A DNA stretch of 57,739 bases from Thiobacillus sp. (GTDB lineage: Bacteria; Pseudomonadota; Gammaproteobacteria; Burkholderiales; Thiobacillaceae): NCBI GenBank assembly GCA_035562135.1, contig DATMWS010000056.1, positions 1 to 57,739 on the forward strand, given 5' to 3'. How positions within the stretch are numbered: the stretch's first letter is position 1; each line of letters opens with the position of its first letter. The notes beneath the pieces are model-generated. The model searched no databases, had not been told where the DNA came from, and worked only from the letters and a program-made list of their open reading frames with translations. The translations under genes and the position numbers were made by a program. This document shows, one piece after another, positions 30,182 through 39,890 of this stretch.

Positions 30182-30703
30182 TCAACAGGTGTTGGAACTG
30201 AGCCGTGGACGGCCGGTGGAGTTGATGATGATGTCGCGTCGATTGCCTGCCACGCAAATGTGCAGGGCGCCATTGGGGAGCCCATTTGGCCCCTGGCTGA
30301 CGCCACTGGGCTGGTAGCTGACAAAACTGCTGTAATTGCTGGTCGTGATGGTTGCTGCCGGGGAAACACTGCCTTGCACCCGCAACAGGGTGTCGCCTGA
30401 ATCAATCACCCCTCGTGTTCCGCCATCGACAAATACCAGCCAGCCTTGCTGCCAGTTGGCTGTGGTATCGCAGGCCGGCGTCGCCGCCATGGCGTTGCTG
30501 GTCTTGCATACCGTGACGCGCATGCCCCGCTTGATCGCTTCGGATCGTGCCAGGTGCAGAACAGTAACCAGATCATTGGTCAAGGCTGTCAGCCTGCTGG
30601 CGTTCATGAAAAAGGCATAGCCGGGAATAGCAATCGTCAATAAAATTGCCCCCACCGCAAGCACAACCAATAACTCCACCAGTGTGAATCCACGCCCATT
30701 CAT
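30182..30703 (-). CDS. fimT: GspH/FimT-family pilin
   Basis: G/FTLVELLVVL, ARSEAIKRG.RVTVC, WQQGWLVFVD, STGRPR. Confidence 0.85.
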   Translation of the reverse strand: MNGRGFTLVELLVVLAVGAILLTIAIPGYAFFMNASRLTALTNDLVTVLHLARSEAIKRGMRVTVCKTSNAMAATPACDTTANWQQGWLVFVDGGTRGVIDSGDTLLRVQGSVSPAATITTSNYSSFVSYQPSGVSQGPNGLPNGALHICVAGNRRDIIINSTGRPRLSSNTC

Positions 30704-30792
30704 TTCCTCCCCCTTCGTCTTTTTATTCAGGGCTGTCAGCTTGCCACTCTGTTGGAGGCGTATCTATACAACTTTAGTTGTAGGTGCAGCCT

Positions 30793-31896
30793 ATGCGTGA
30801 GCGGGGCACACCGGGGCTGAAGGCGTCCACCCTCATCCTGGGCGCCGGAGTTTCTGGCCTGAGCACGGCGCTGGCGTTGCTCAAGCATGGCTATGACGTC
30901 ACGCTTCTGGATCGTGGCGCGGTGGGTGGCGAATCCTCGTGGGCGGGGGGCGGCATTTTGTCGCCGCTGCTGCCGTGGGATTACCCGGAGCCGCTGTCCA
31001 GACTGGCGCTGCGCTCGATGGCGGCGTATGCAGACTGGGTTGCGGATATCGAAGCGCGGTCTGGACGCATTGCTGAATACTGGCAGTGCGGGATGCGCGT
31101 ACTGGAAGCAACCCAGGCCGATACGTCACTCGCCTGGTGCAAGGCACACGGCCTGACGGCACAACTCATGCACACGAATACCGGCGACAGCCTCTGGCTG
31201 CCGGATATCGCGCAGGTTCGCAATCCGCGCCTGGTGGCAGCATTGCACGCGGCGGTGGTGCAGCTTGGCGGGGTGATACGCGAACATTGCCCGGCCGCCG
31301 GGGTGCTGACGCAGGACGGACGGGTGACGGCGGTGCAGACAGCAGCGGACACTTTCCCTGCGGACAGCGTGGTACTGGCCACCGGGGCGTGGTCTGGCCT
31401 GGGGCTGGCAGGACTGGCGGCCACGCCGCAAATCCGCCCGATTCGCGGCCAGATGCTGCTGTTCAAGCTGGAGCCGGGCGTACTGGACACGATTCTGTAT
31501 CGCAACGGGCTGTATCTGATTCCGCGCCGCGACGGCCATGTGCTGGTGGGCAGCACGCTGGAGGACGTCGGCTTCGACAAATCGACCGACGCTGCCACGC
31601 GCCGGCGCCTGCACAGCGACGCCACCGAACTGCTGCCGGCACTGGCTGCAGTTCAACCGGTGCAGCACTGGGCCGGGCTGCGGCCCGGCTCGCCCGACAA
31701 TATCCCGATCATCGACCGCCATCCTGATTTCGATAACGTGTTCGTCAACACCGGGCATTTCCGCTACGGCGTCACCCTGGCGCCCGCCTCGGCGGAGTTG
31801 CTGGTCGATTTGATGGAAGGCAAGGCGCCGGCGCTGGACCCCGCGCCGTATCGCTGGCAGGCGGCGCTTGAACGCCAATGGACAGACGGTTCATAA
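30793..31896 (+). CDS. FAD-dependent glycine oxidase (ThiO/DAO family)
   Basis: GAGVSG Rossmann motif, SSWAGGGILSP, WAGLRP, GHFRYG. Confidence 0.88.
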   Translation: MRERGTPGLKASTLILGAGVSGLSTALALLKHGYDVTLLDRGAVGGESSWAGGGILSPLLPWDYPEPLSRLALRSMAAYADWVADIEARSGRIAEYWQCGMRVLEATQADTSLAWCKAHGLTAQLMHTNTGDSLWLPDIAQVRNPRLVAALHAAVVQLGGVIREHCPAAGVLTQDGRVTAVQTAADTFPADSVVLATGAWSGLGLAGLAATPQIRPIRGQMLLFKLEPGVLDTILYRNGLYLIPRRDGHVLVGSTLEDVGFDKSTDAATRRRLHSDATELLPALAAVQPVQHWAGLRPGSPDNIPIIDRHPDFDNVFVNTGHFRYGVTLAPASAELLVDLMEGKAPALDPAPYRWQAALERQWTDGS

Positions 31897-31930
31897 TCGC
31901 AATCAACCGATCGCCACCTGTGCCCATACC

Positions 31931-32509
31931 ATGTCCCAAGCCCACGTCCATTCGCCCGTCGATGAAACCGACTTCCTGCGTCTGGAAGAAACCGCATCCA
32001 GCAAGCATGAGTTGGTGGATGGCGAGATCTACGCCATGGCCGGGGCTAGCGAGCGGTATAACCGCATCGCGCTCAACATTGCCTTCCACCTGCGCAGCGC
32101 CACCCGCGGCAAGCCCTGCCGCCGTGCCTTCATGGCCGACATGAAGCTGCGCTTGGCGGGCGGCACGACCTATTACTATCCCGACGCCATGCTGGTGTGC
32201 GACGCGACCGACGATCACCCCATCTACAAGCAATCGCCCTGCTTTATCGCTGAGGTGCTTTCCCCGGCCACCGCCAGTGTGGACGTGCGTGAAAAATGGG
32301 CGGCCTATCGCGGGCTGGCCAGCCCGCGTTATTACCTGCTGGTCGAATCGGAACGGCTGTGGGCCAAGGTTTTTTTTCGCGATGAGCATGACCCCTGGTT
32401 CGAGCAGGAACTGTCTGCCGACGACCGGATCGACGTGGCATGCGACGGTACGCGACTGACGCTGACGCTGGACGATCTGTACGAGGACACGGGACTGCTC
32501 GTTGTCTGA
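31931..32509 (+). CDS. Uma2 family (DUF820) putative endonuclease
   Basis: KHELVDGEIYAMAGAS, YYPD, AEVLSPAT..D..EK. Confidence 0.9.
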   Translation: MSQAHVHSPVDETDFLRLEETASSKHELVDGEIYAMAGASERYNRIALNIAFHLRSATRGKPCRRAFMADMKLRLAGGTTYYYPDAMLVCDATDDHPIYKQSPCFIAEVLSPATASVDVREKWAAYRGLASPRYYLLVESERLWAKVFFRDEHDPWFEQELSADDRIDVACDGTRLTLTLDDLYEDTGLLVV

Positions 32510-33443
32510 CGCGGCCGGCAAGCACCCGCCACGGGTTGTCTGGATCGCCAGCGACAGCAAGCCGGGGCATGTGAACCAGTCGCTGGGACTGGCCGAGGCG
32601 CTGGCGCGCGCCACCCCAACCACGTTTCACCTCCTCCCTGCCCTGCCGGCCTGGCGCGCCTGGCTGGCACTGCTGCTGAAACGCTTTCCCGACAACGCGC
32701 TCCCCGAACCCGATCTGATCGTGGGCGCAGGGCACGCCACGCACCTGACGCTGCTGGCGGCGCGGCGCGCGCGCGGCGGGCGTGCCGTGGTGCTGATGAA
32801 GCCGAGCCTGCCGCGCCACTGGTTCGATCTGTGCATTCTTCCCGAACACGATGGCGTCGCGGCAGACGCGCATACGCTGGTGACCGAGGGGGCATTGAAC
32901 CGCATCCGCCCGGCGATGCTGTCCCAATTTGAACACAGCGATGCGCACCACGGTTTATTGCTGATCGGCGGCGTCTCGCCGCATTTCGATTGGGACAGCG
33001 ACGTAATCCAGGTGCAGATCAGGAGCATTCTCGCGCGCACGCCGGAAACGCACTGGACGCTCACCACCTCGCGCCGCACCCCGGCGGATTTTCTGGCGCA
33101 ACTGCCGCCGGCTCCCAACCTGACTGTTATCCCGCACACGGCCACGTCGCCCGACTGGCTGCCCGCCCAGCTTGCACGATGCGGCACGGTGTGGGTAACG
33201 CCCGACAGCGCATCGATGGTGTTCGAGGCGCTGTCGGCGGGCGCGGATGTCGGCGTGTTCGATCTGCCGGTCAACCCGACAAGCCGCGTCGGCCGGGCGA
33301 TCGCGCATCTCGTCGACGCGCAGCGCATCACCCGCTTCGTGAGCTGGTGCGCAAGCGGTTTACTGCGCCCCAACCGACACCCCCTGGCCGAGGCCGACCG
33401 CTGTGCTGAATGGATACTTGGATGGCTGAAGAAAAAAAACTGA
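32502..33443 (+). CDS. ELM1/GtrOC1 family putative glycosyltransferase
   Basis: DSKPGHVNQSLGLAEAL, PEHD, TTSRRTP, VTPDSASMVFEA. Confidence 0.85.
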   Translation: MSDAAGKHPPRVVWIASDSKPGHVNQSLGLAEALARATPTTFHLLPALPAWRAWLALLLKRFPDNALPEPDLIVGAGHATHLTLLAARRARGGRAVVLMKPSLPRHWFDLCILPEHDGVAADAHTLVTEGALNRIRPAMLSQFEHSDAHHGLLLIGGVSPHFDWDSDVIQVQIRSILARTPETHWTLTTSRRTPADFLAQLPPAPNLTVIPHTATSPDWLPAQLARCGTVWVTPDSASMVFEALSAGADVGVFDLPVNPTSRVGRAIAHLVDAQRITRFVSWCASGLLRPNRHPLAEADRCAEWILGWLKKKN

Positions 33444-34567
33444 CTGTCCTGCAACTGCTGCCGGCGCTGGAATCCGGCGGGGTTGAACGCGGCACCCTCG
33501 AAGTGGCCCAGGCACTGGTTGAACACGGCCACCGTGCGCTGGTGATATCGGCAGGCGGACGGCTGGTCGTGCCGCTCGCTGCATCGGGCGCCGAGCACTT
33601 CGCCTGGCCGATTGGCCAGAAGATTTTCAAAACGCTGCTGCTCGTCGGCAAGCTGAGAAAGTTTTTGCAGGAACAAAAGGTGGACATCATCCACGCGCGT
33701 TCGCGCGTGCCGGCCTGGATCGCCTGGCTGGCCTGGCGCGGCATGGATTCGGCCACGCGCCCGCATTTTGTCACCACCGTGCATGGCCTGTATGGCGTCA
33801 ATCGCTACAGCCGCATCATGACGCAGGGCGAGCGGGTGATTGCGGTGTCCGACACCGTACGCGACTACATCCTGCGCGAATACCCCGACACGCCGCCGTG
33901 GCGCATTCAGATCATCCATCGCGGCGTCGATGGCCAGGCTTATCCGCACGGCTGGAAGCCCGATCCGGTCTGGCAGCAGGCATTCTTCGCGCAGTTTCCG
34001 CACGCCGTGGGCAAGCAACTGGTCACCCTGCCGGGGCGCATCACCCGGCTCAAAGGGCATGAAGACTTCATCGAGTTGATTGCGCGGCTGAAACGACGCG
34101 GGCTGCCCGTGCATGGCCTGATCGTCGGCGGCGCGTCGTCCTCCAAGCAGCGCTATTTGCAAAAGCTGCGCTACCGCGTGCGCAGCATGGGGCAGGAAGC
34201 CGACATCAGTTTCACCGGCCAGCGCGATGACCTGAAAAACATCCTGGCAATCTCGAATCTGGTCTTGTCGCTCTCCACCCATCCAGAATCGTTTGGCCGC
34301 ACCACGCTGGAGGCGCTGCGGCTGGGCGTACCGACGGCAGGCTACGACCACGGTGGCGTGGGTGAAATCCTGCGTTCTGTGTATCCTGCCGGGCTGTTGC
34401 CGCTGGGGGATCTCGGCGCGGCAACACAACGCATCTCCACCCTGTTGCTGCAGCCCACCCCAGTGCCTGACGACGACTTTTTTCCGCTGCGCAACATGCT
34501 GTCGCAAACCCTGGATTTGTATGGGCAACTTGCACGGACGCCGCGCAGACAGGGCAATCAATATTAG
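33422..34567 (+). CDS. Glycosyltransferase family 4
   Basis: LPALESGGVERGT, HARSRVPAW, GRITRLKG, PESFGRT.LEA. Confidence 0.92.
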   Translation: MAEEKKLTVLQLLPALESGGVERGTLEVAQALVEHGHRALVISAGGRLVVPLAASGAEHFAWPIGQKIFKTLLLVGKLRKFLQEQKVDIIHARSRVPAWIAWLAWRGMDSATRPHFVTTVHGLYGVNRYSRIMTQGERVIAVSDTVRDYILREYPDTPPWRIQIIHRGVDGQAYPHGWKPDPVWQQAFFAQFPHAVGKQLVTLPGRITRLKGHEDFIELIARLKRRGLPVHGLIVGGASSSKQRYLQKLRYRVRSMGQEADISFTGQRDDLKNILAISNLVLSLSTHPESFGRTTLEALRLGVPTAGYDHGGVGEILRSVYPAGLLPLGDLGAATQRISTLLLQPTPVPDDDFFPLRNMLSQTLDLYGQLARTPRRQGNQY

Positions 34568-34637
34568 ATCGCCATAAAGGGAACCGGCTCGCAAGCGCGG
34601 GGACAGACTATTCATTCACTTGATTTGAAAAAACGTA

Positions 34638-35045
34638 ATGGCCAACACAACAAAAGGTTCGCTGATGATTGAGGTGGGTGCGGGTGAACTGATCGACAAA
34701 ATCACCATACTCAAGATCAAGGCGGTTCGCATGACCGACCCGGCCAAGCTCAGAAATGTGAAACATGAACTGGATGTGCTCAGCCGGGCTCGCGCCGAGA
34801 ACCTCGATCAGTCCGATGAACTTGACCGGCTGGAAGAAGCGTTGCGTATGGTCAACGAGGCGCTGTGGGTGATCGAGGACGACATCCGCGCGTGTGAGGC
34901 GGCGCGCGATTTCGGACCCAAATTCATCGAACTGGCCCGCTCTGTATACATCCAGAACGACAAGCGTGCGGCGATCAAGAAATCGATCAACGAACGCTGC
35001 GGCTCCAGCATCGTCGAGGAAAAGTCTTACACCGAATTTTCCTGA
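34638..35045 (+). CDS. DUF6165-like protein
   Basis: GELIDKITILKIK, LWVIEDDIR, FIELARSVY..ND.RA.IK, EEKSY. Confidence 0.8.
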   Translation: MANTTKGSLMIEVGAGELIDKITILKIKAVRMTDPAKLRNVKHELDVLSRARAENLDQSDELDRLEEALRMVNEALWVIEDDIRACEAARDFGPKFIELARSVYIQNDKRAAIKKSINERCGSSIVEEKSYTEFS

Positions 35046-35119
35046 GCAGGCGGCCGCTTGGGCACGACCGCCTCAAGCACGGTCCCGGCTGAGAGCCCGG
35101 CAAGGTCCGGCACCTCGAT

Positions 35120-35244
35120 CGCGCGAAATTCCCCACGACAGATACCGGTGCGCGCCGCCGTAGTGTGCGCCCCGGTATGCGCCTGGCCAGTTCGATTTCG
35201 TCTGGCCCCGGCGCGGTAACAACTTCATTACCCCGCTCGATCAA
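35120..35244 (-). pseudogene. Probable fragment of a GT9 (heptosyltransferase-like) gene
   Basis: LIERGNEVVTAPGPDEIELARRIPG...SVVGN resembles the GT9 C-terminal region; no N-terminal part is present. Confidence 0.45.
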
Positions 35245-35367
35245 TGCCGGTCAGATGGTTTTTGGTGTTTGTTTGGGCTGAATTTGTCGAAGCCGATTCA
35301 CCCTTTAGCAGGCTCAGTGCGCATGGCATTGATACGCTCCCATACCGGAACAATTGATGCGCAGTGT

Positions 35368-37203
35368 TCACGACGTTAACGACCCCGGCTGGTATTCCGG
35401 CACCCAGGTCTTCAGCTGGCGTTTGACCGTCGCTTCATCGTAGGTGTCGGGGTGTGCCAGCCAGGCCAGACATTCGGCGTACCAGCCGGCATCGGCGGCG
35501 CGCGCTTTCGCCACCCGCAGCTTGGGGTGCGGCGTGGGCAGCGTGGGCTCGTCATCGGCGAGCAGTTCCTCGTAGAGTTTCTCGCCGGGGCGCAGGCCGG
35601 TGTATTCAATGCGGATGCGCTCTTCATCGGCGCCCGACAGACGAATCATGAGTTTGGCCAGTTCGGCGATTTTGACGGGCTCGCCCATATCCAGCACGAA
35701 AATTTCGCCGCCCTCGCCCATCAGGCCGGCCTGCAGAACCAGTTGCGCGGCTTCGGAGATCGACATGAAAAAGCGCGTGATGTCAGGATGCGTCACTGTC
35801 ACCGGCCCGCCCGCCTCGATCTGTTTCTGGAACTTGGGAATCACGCTGCCGGATGACCCCAGAACATTGCCGAACCGCACCGACACAAAGCGCGTGCCGG
35901 TCGACTGCTGCATCGCCTGGCAGGTCATTTCGGCGAGCCGCTTGGTCGCGCCCATGACATTGGTCGGGTTGACCGCCTTGTTGGTGGAGATCATCACAAA
36001 CTTGCCGACTCCATGCGCCTGCGCAGCTGCCGCAACAACCTGCGTGCCCAGCACATTGTTGCGCACTGCCTCCCAGGCATTGCCACTCTCCATCAAGGGT
36101 ACGTGCTTGTAAGCCGCCGAGTGGAACACCACGGCAGGCCGATGTTCGGCCATCACCCGATTCACCCAGACAGCGTCCTTGACGTCACCGATCACCGGTG
36201 CAATCTGCAACCCAGGGAAACGCTCCGGCAATTCTTCCTCCATCGCATACAGCGCCAGTTCGGACTGCTCGAACAACACCAGCTTGGCAGGCGCGAAATG
36301 CGCAATCTGGCGGCACAGTTCCGAACCGATCGAGCCACCCGCGCCGGTCACCATCACCACCTGGCCGGTCAGCAACTGGTGCAGGCCGCTGTCGTCGAGT
36401 TCCACCGGGTCACGCCCCAGCAAGTCATCAAGTTCGATAGGCCGCAGGTTTGATACTGACACCCGGCCTGCCACCAGGTCTTCGAGGGAAGGCACGGTCA
36501 GTACATTCAGCCCGGCTTCGGTGCAGATCTGGGTGATGCGCTTGCGCACCTCGTGCGCGGTCGACGGCAGCGCCAGCACCACATCGTCAACCTCCATTCT
36601 CAGCGCATGGGCCACGACATCATCCAGCGCCCCCAGCACCGGTATGCCCTGTACCAGCCGCCCCTGCTTGTCGCGGCTGTCGTCCAGCAGACCCACCACA
36701 TGAAACCCCGATGGATTGCGCGCCAGTTCGCGCAGCAAAAAGTCCGCTGCCGAGCCCGCCCCCGCCACCAGCACCGGCTTGCTGTGCGGATGCAGCACCC
36801 TGGCCAGCCGATGCTCCTTCCAGGCGCGGTAGGCCAGGCGGCTGCCGCCCATCAGGATCACCAGCAGCATCGGATCGAGAATCAGCACTGAACGCGGCAC
36901 CACAGTACTGATGTGGAACAGGACCAGCACCAGCGGAATCAGCAGCGCTGCCAGCCCAACCGCCAGTACGATGCGCTTGAGATCGGGCAGGCTGGCAAAG
37001 CGCCAGATGCCGCGATACAAACCAAAGCGCCAGAACACCAGCGCCTGCAGCGGCACCACCCAAGCCAGCGTGGACAAGGCCGCAGCCAGGAACTCCGCGG
37101 GAATCTCCAGATTGAAACGCAGCCAGTGCGCGCCCAGCCAGGCGAAGGTTGCCGCCAGAATGTCGTGCAGGATGATGGTGACGGTGCGGGGATTAATGTT
37201 CAT
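35368..37203 (-). CDS. WbpM/PglF/CapD-type nucleotide-sugar 4,6-dehydratase
   Basis: N-terminal TMs, TGAGGSIGSE, AAYKHVP, ISTNKAVNPTNVMGATK, VRFGNVLGS, LRPGEKLYEEL. Confidence 0.93.
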   Translation of the reverse strand: MNINPRTVTIILHDILAATFAWLGAHWLRFNLEIPAEFLAAALSTLAWVVPLQALVFWRFGLYRGIWRFASLPDLKRIVLAVGLAALLIPLVLVLFHISTVVPRSVLILDPMLLVILMGGSRLAYRAWKEHRLARVLHPHSKPVLVAGAGSAADFLLRELARNPSGFHVVGLLDDSRDKQGRLVQGIPVLGALDDVVAHALRMEVDDVVLALPSTAHEVRKRITQICTEAGLNVLTVPSLEDLVAGRVSVSNLRPIELDDLLGRDPVELDDSGLHQLLTGQVVMVTGAGGSIGSELCRQIAHFAPAKLVLFEQSELALYAMEEELPERFPGLQIAPVIGDVKDAVWVNRVMAEHRPAVVFHSAAYKHVPLMESGNAWEAVRNNVLGTQVVAAAAQAHGVGKFVMISTNKAVNPTNVMGATKRLAEMTCQAMQQSTGTRFVSVRFGNVLGSSGSVIPKFQKQIEAGGPVTVTHPDITRFFMSISEAAQLVLQAGLMGEGGEIFVLDMGEPVKIAELAKLMIRLSGADEERIRIEYTGLRPGEKLYEELLADDEPTLPTPHPKLRVAKARAADAGWYAECLAWLAHPDTYDEATVKRQLKTWVPEYQPGSLTS

Positions 37204-38161
37204 TGCGAAGTCGATTCCAGCGCCGGTCGATGGTCAGAAAAATCAGCAGATACGTTGCCGACCACAGTGTAAGCAGGGATGCAGTGTGCTGCGGCAGCGC
37301 CCGCAGTGTGAATGCCAGCGCGGCACCTGCGAGCATCAGCGTATAGGTGGCCCATGCAAGCTGACGACGCGACGCGCCCAGTAACACCACCCGCTGATAA
37401 TAATGCGAACGATGCGCCTGCCAGATTTTTTCGCCACGCAAGCCACGTCGCGCGAGCGTCACGCTGGCATCGACAATGAATGGCGAGAACACCAGCAGCG
37501 GAAACAGCCACGGCCATACGTTTTGGCGCGCGCCCAGGATGCCGAGCGCGGCCGCCAGAAACCCCAGCGGGATCGACCCCGCATCGCCCATGAACACCCG
37601 TGCAGGCGGGAAGTTGAAGCGCAGGAACGCCAGGGCTGCCGCCGCAATGGCCGCGCAAAACGCGGCCAGCCCCGGCGCATCGCCAAGCCACGCAGCCAGC
37701 GCCAGCGCGCCAAAACCGATTGCGGCCATGCCGCCCGCCAGCCCATCCGAACCGTCCATGAAGTTATATAGATTGGTCATCCAGACGCTGGCCAGCGTAC
37801 CCGCCAGCAACGCCCAGCCGGTCAGCCCAAGCGCCAGCAGGCACGCCACTGCCGCAACGAAATGCACCAGAAAGCGCAATGCCGCCGGCAGCCCCCTCAC
37901 ATCGTCCAGCAGCGACACCACAGCCAGCGCGAATGCCGCCAGAATCACCGGCAGCAAACCTGCGTCGGCCAGCCACACGCTGGCCACCCCCACACCGGCC
38001 ATCATCCCCAGCCCGCCGATGCGCGGCGTCGGCGTCGCATGCAGCGAGCGGGCATTGGGGTGATCCATTGGCAAGCGATCACGCCGCAGCAGCCAGGACA
38101 GCGTCAGCCAGCACACCGGAAAAGCAGCAAGCGGGGCCATCCATTCAGCAGGCGCCATCAC
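37193..38161 (-). CDS. MraY/WecA-like polyprenyl-phosphate HexNAc-1-P transferase (WbpL-type)
   Basis: PNARSLH..PTPRIGG, LLDD, NLYNFMDGSDG, FMGDAGS, AHRSHYYQ. Confidence 0.92.
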   Translation of the reverse strand: MMAPAEWMAPLAAFPVCWLTLSWLLRRDRLPMDHPNARSLHATPTPRIGGLGMMAGVGVASVWLADAGLLPVILAAFALAVVSLLDDVRGLPAALRFLVHFVAAVACLLALGLTGWALLAGTLASVWMTNLYNFMDGSDGLAGGMAAIGFGALALAAWLGDAPGLAAFCAAIAAAALAFLRFNFPPARVFMGDAGSIPLGFLAAALGILGARQNVWPWLFPLLVFSPFIVDASVTLARRGLRGEKIWQAHRSHYYQRVVLLGASRRQLAWATYTLMLAGAALAFTLRALPQHTASLLTLWSATYLLIFLTIDRRWNRLRNEH

Positions 38162-38239
38162 AACAGCCCTGCCGGCACGGCCGTTGCCGTGCGGCTCAAC
38201 GGAAGCAATAGGGGTGCCATGCAGGGGTGATGTTGCATA

Positions 38240-38626
38240 TCAGATCAGCCGCACCAGCTCCGAATAGGGGACCAGTGCCGAATCGGCGGTGAGCAACTGC
38301 GCAGGCATGAGCAGAGCTTGCGCAATCAGCAGGCGGTCAAACGGGTCACGGTGGTGCAAGGGAAAATGTGCCACCTTCGCGCCATGCGCTGCGCTGACGG
38401 GCAGTTCAACAAAGCCGGTTTCTTTTGCTGCCTGAGCGATGTCCCCGGGCGAGTAATGGAAATCAATCTTTCCCAGTGCCGTCTTGATAGCAATCTCCCA
38501 AATACTGGCGGCGCTGAAATAGACCGTGGTTTCGGGTGACTCAATCTGCGCAACAAAATCCTGTGGCAAACGTTGAGGGGCGTCCAGCGCCCACAGCAGA
38601 ATATGCGTATCCAGCAGAACAACCAC
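38240..38626 (-). CDS. PIN-domain (VapC) toxin
   Basis: LLDTHILLW, SAASIWEIAIK, HRDPFDRLLIAQA. Confidence 0.93.
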   Translation of the reverse strand: MVVLLDTHILLWALDAPQRLPQDFVAQIESPETTVYFSAASIWEIAIKTALGKIDFHYSPGDIAQAAKETGFVELPVSAAHGAKVAHFPLHHRDPFDRLLIAQALLMPAQLLTADSALVPYSELVRLI

Positions 38627-38863
38627 TTAGCGCCCCTCGAACAAGGCAAGCTCGTCGTCAGTCAACGGCGTGTCGAAATCATCGGGGACATTGAGCCTGC
38701 CTTTGAACATTCCAAGCTGGCGCTTTTTCGGTGGGGCCTCAAGCGGCACTAAACGGGCGATCGGCTTGCCCGCTTTTGCGATAACGATTTCCTCGCCGTC
38801 CGCCACCTGTTCCAGCAGACGTGAGAGATGGGTTTTCGCCTCATGGATGTTAATGGTTTGCAT
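38627..38863 (-). CDS. Phd/YefM family antitoxin
   Basis: NIHEAKTHLSRLL, EEIVIAKAGKPIARLVP. Confidence 0.93.
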   Translation of the reverse strand: MQTINIHEAKTHLSRLLEQVADGEEIVIAKAGKPIARLVPLEAPPKKRQLGMFKGRLNVPDDFDTPLTDDELALFEGR

Positions 38864-38875
38864 GGCGCCCTCCTG

Positions 38876-38894
38876 AACTTAACTAGACTTAGTT
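38876..38894 (-). promoter_or_regulatory. Imperfect palindrome, probable Phd operator
   Basis: aacttaactagacttagtt immediately upstream of the antitoxin RBS. Confidence 0.45.
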
Positions 38895-38942
38895 TATCAC
38901 GGCACCAAAGAGCGGGCCAAACAAAGGTTTGGCTGCATCGAC

Positions 38943-39890
38943 TCAGTTGCCATCCTTCGGGTACTGCTGCCAGCCCGCAACCGTCGCAGCCAGGCCCTGC
39001 TGCAAGGTATACGGCGGCACCCAACCCAGCCGCGAGCGGATGGCCGAACTATCCACAAAAAGTGAACCGGTGAGCCGCGCCACCGCTGCGCGTTTGCCCA
39101 GCAGCACGCCGGCCAGTTCAAGCACGCCCACCGGCACCGCCAGCAAGTGCGTGGAACGACGCATGACAAGGGCTACCGCGCGAATGAGTTCGGGTGTCGA
39201 AACCGGCACGCCATCGTCCAGCAAAAAGGTCTGCCCGGCAGCGGCAGGGTGTTCAACACACAGCCGGATCGCATCGACAAAGTTTCCCAGATACAGCAGG
39301 CTGCGGCAGTTGCGAATTGCCTCCAGCGGTAGCGGCCAGCCACGCTCGACAGTACGCATCAGCCGCAAGAAATTCGCTTTCACCCCCGGTCCGTACACCA
39401 GCGGTGGACGCAGGATGACGACTTCCAGGCCGGTTTCCTGCGCAATCCGCTGCAAGCCCTGTTCGGCTTCCCATTTGGAAATCGCATACGCATCTTCGGG
39501 GGCTGCTGCATCGGTTTCACGATAAGGCGCATCGCGCCCCTCGCCGTTGACCTTGATGGTGCTGATGAAAACGAAGCGCTTCACTCCGGCTTCAGCCGCC
39601 TGACGGGCAAGATTGAGCGTGCCTTCGGTGTTGGTTGCCCGGTACAGCGCCAGCGGATTCTGTGTCGTGTCGTCCATCACATGGACCCGCGCAGCCAGAT
39701 GCACGACCGCATCGCAACCTACAAGCGCCGTCTGCCAATCCGTCGACGGCCCGATTTCGCCGATTACCCGCTCATTCCTCAAACCCGAAGCACGTCGCAC
39801 AGTCGGAACAATGACATGCCCCGCGACGGTCAATTGGTCGCACAAGGCACGGCCGACAAAACCGGCAGCCCCGGTTACCAATACTTTCAT
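38943..39890 (-). CDS. NAD-dependent epimerase/dehydratase (WbpV/WbpK-like)
   Basis: TGAAGFVG, HLAARVH, YAISK, RPPLVYGPGVKANF. Confidence 0.92.
   Translation of the reverse strand: MKVLVTGAAGFVGRALCDQLTVAGHVIVPTVRRASGLRNERVIGEIGPSTDWQTALVGCDAVVHLAARVHVMDDTTQNPLALYRATNTEGTLNLARQAAEAGVKRFVFISTIKVNGEGRDAPYRETDAAAPEDAYAISKWEAEQGLQRIAQETGLEVVILRPPLVYGPGVKANFLRLMRTVERGWPLPLEAIRNCRSLLYLGNFVDAIRLCVEHPAAAGQTFLLDDGVPVSTPELIRAVALVMRRSTHLLAVPVGVLELAGVLLGKRAAVARLTGSLFVDSSAIRSRLGWVPPYTLQQGLAATVAGWQQYPKDGN

Noticed and set aside
33432-33439. A8 tract at the start of the GT4 gene as a phase-variation site
   Set aside because: Short, encodes Lys in both overlapping frames, and both ORFs are intact; no evidence of slippage
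32627-34615. 662-aa minus-strand ORF
   Set aside because: Antisense shadow of the ELM1-family and GT4 genes
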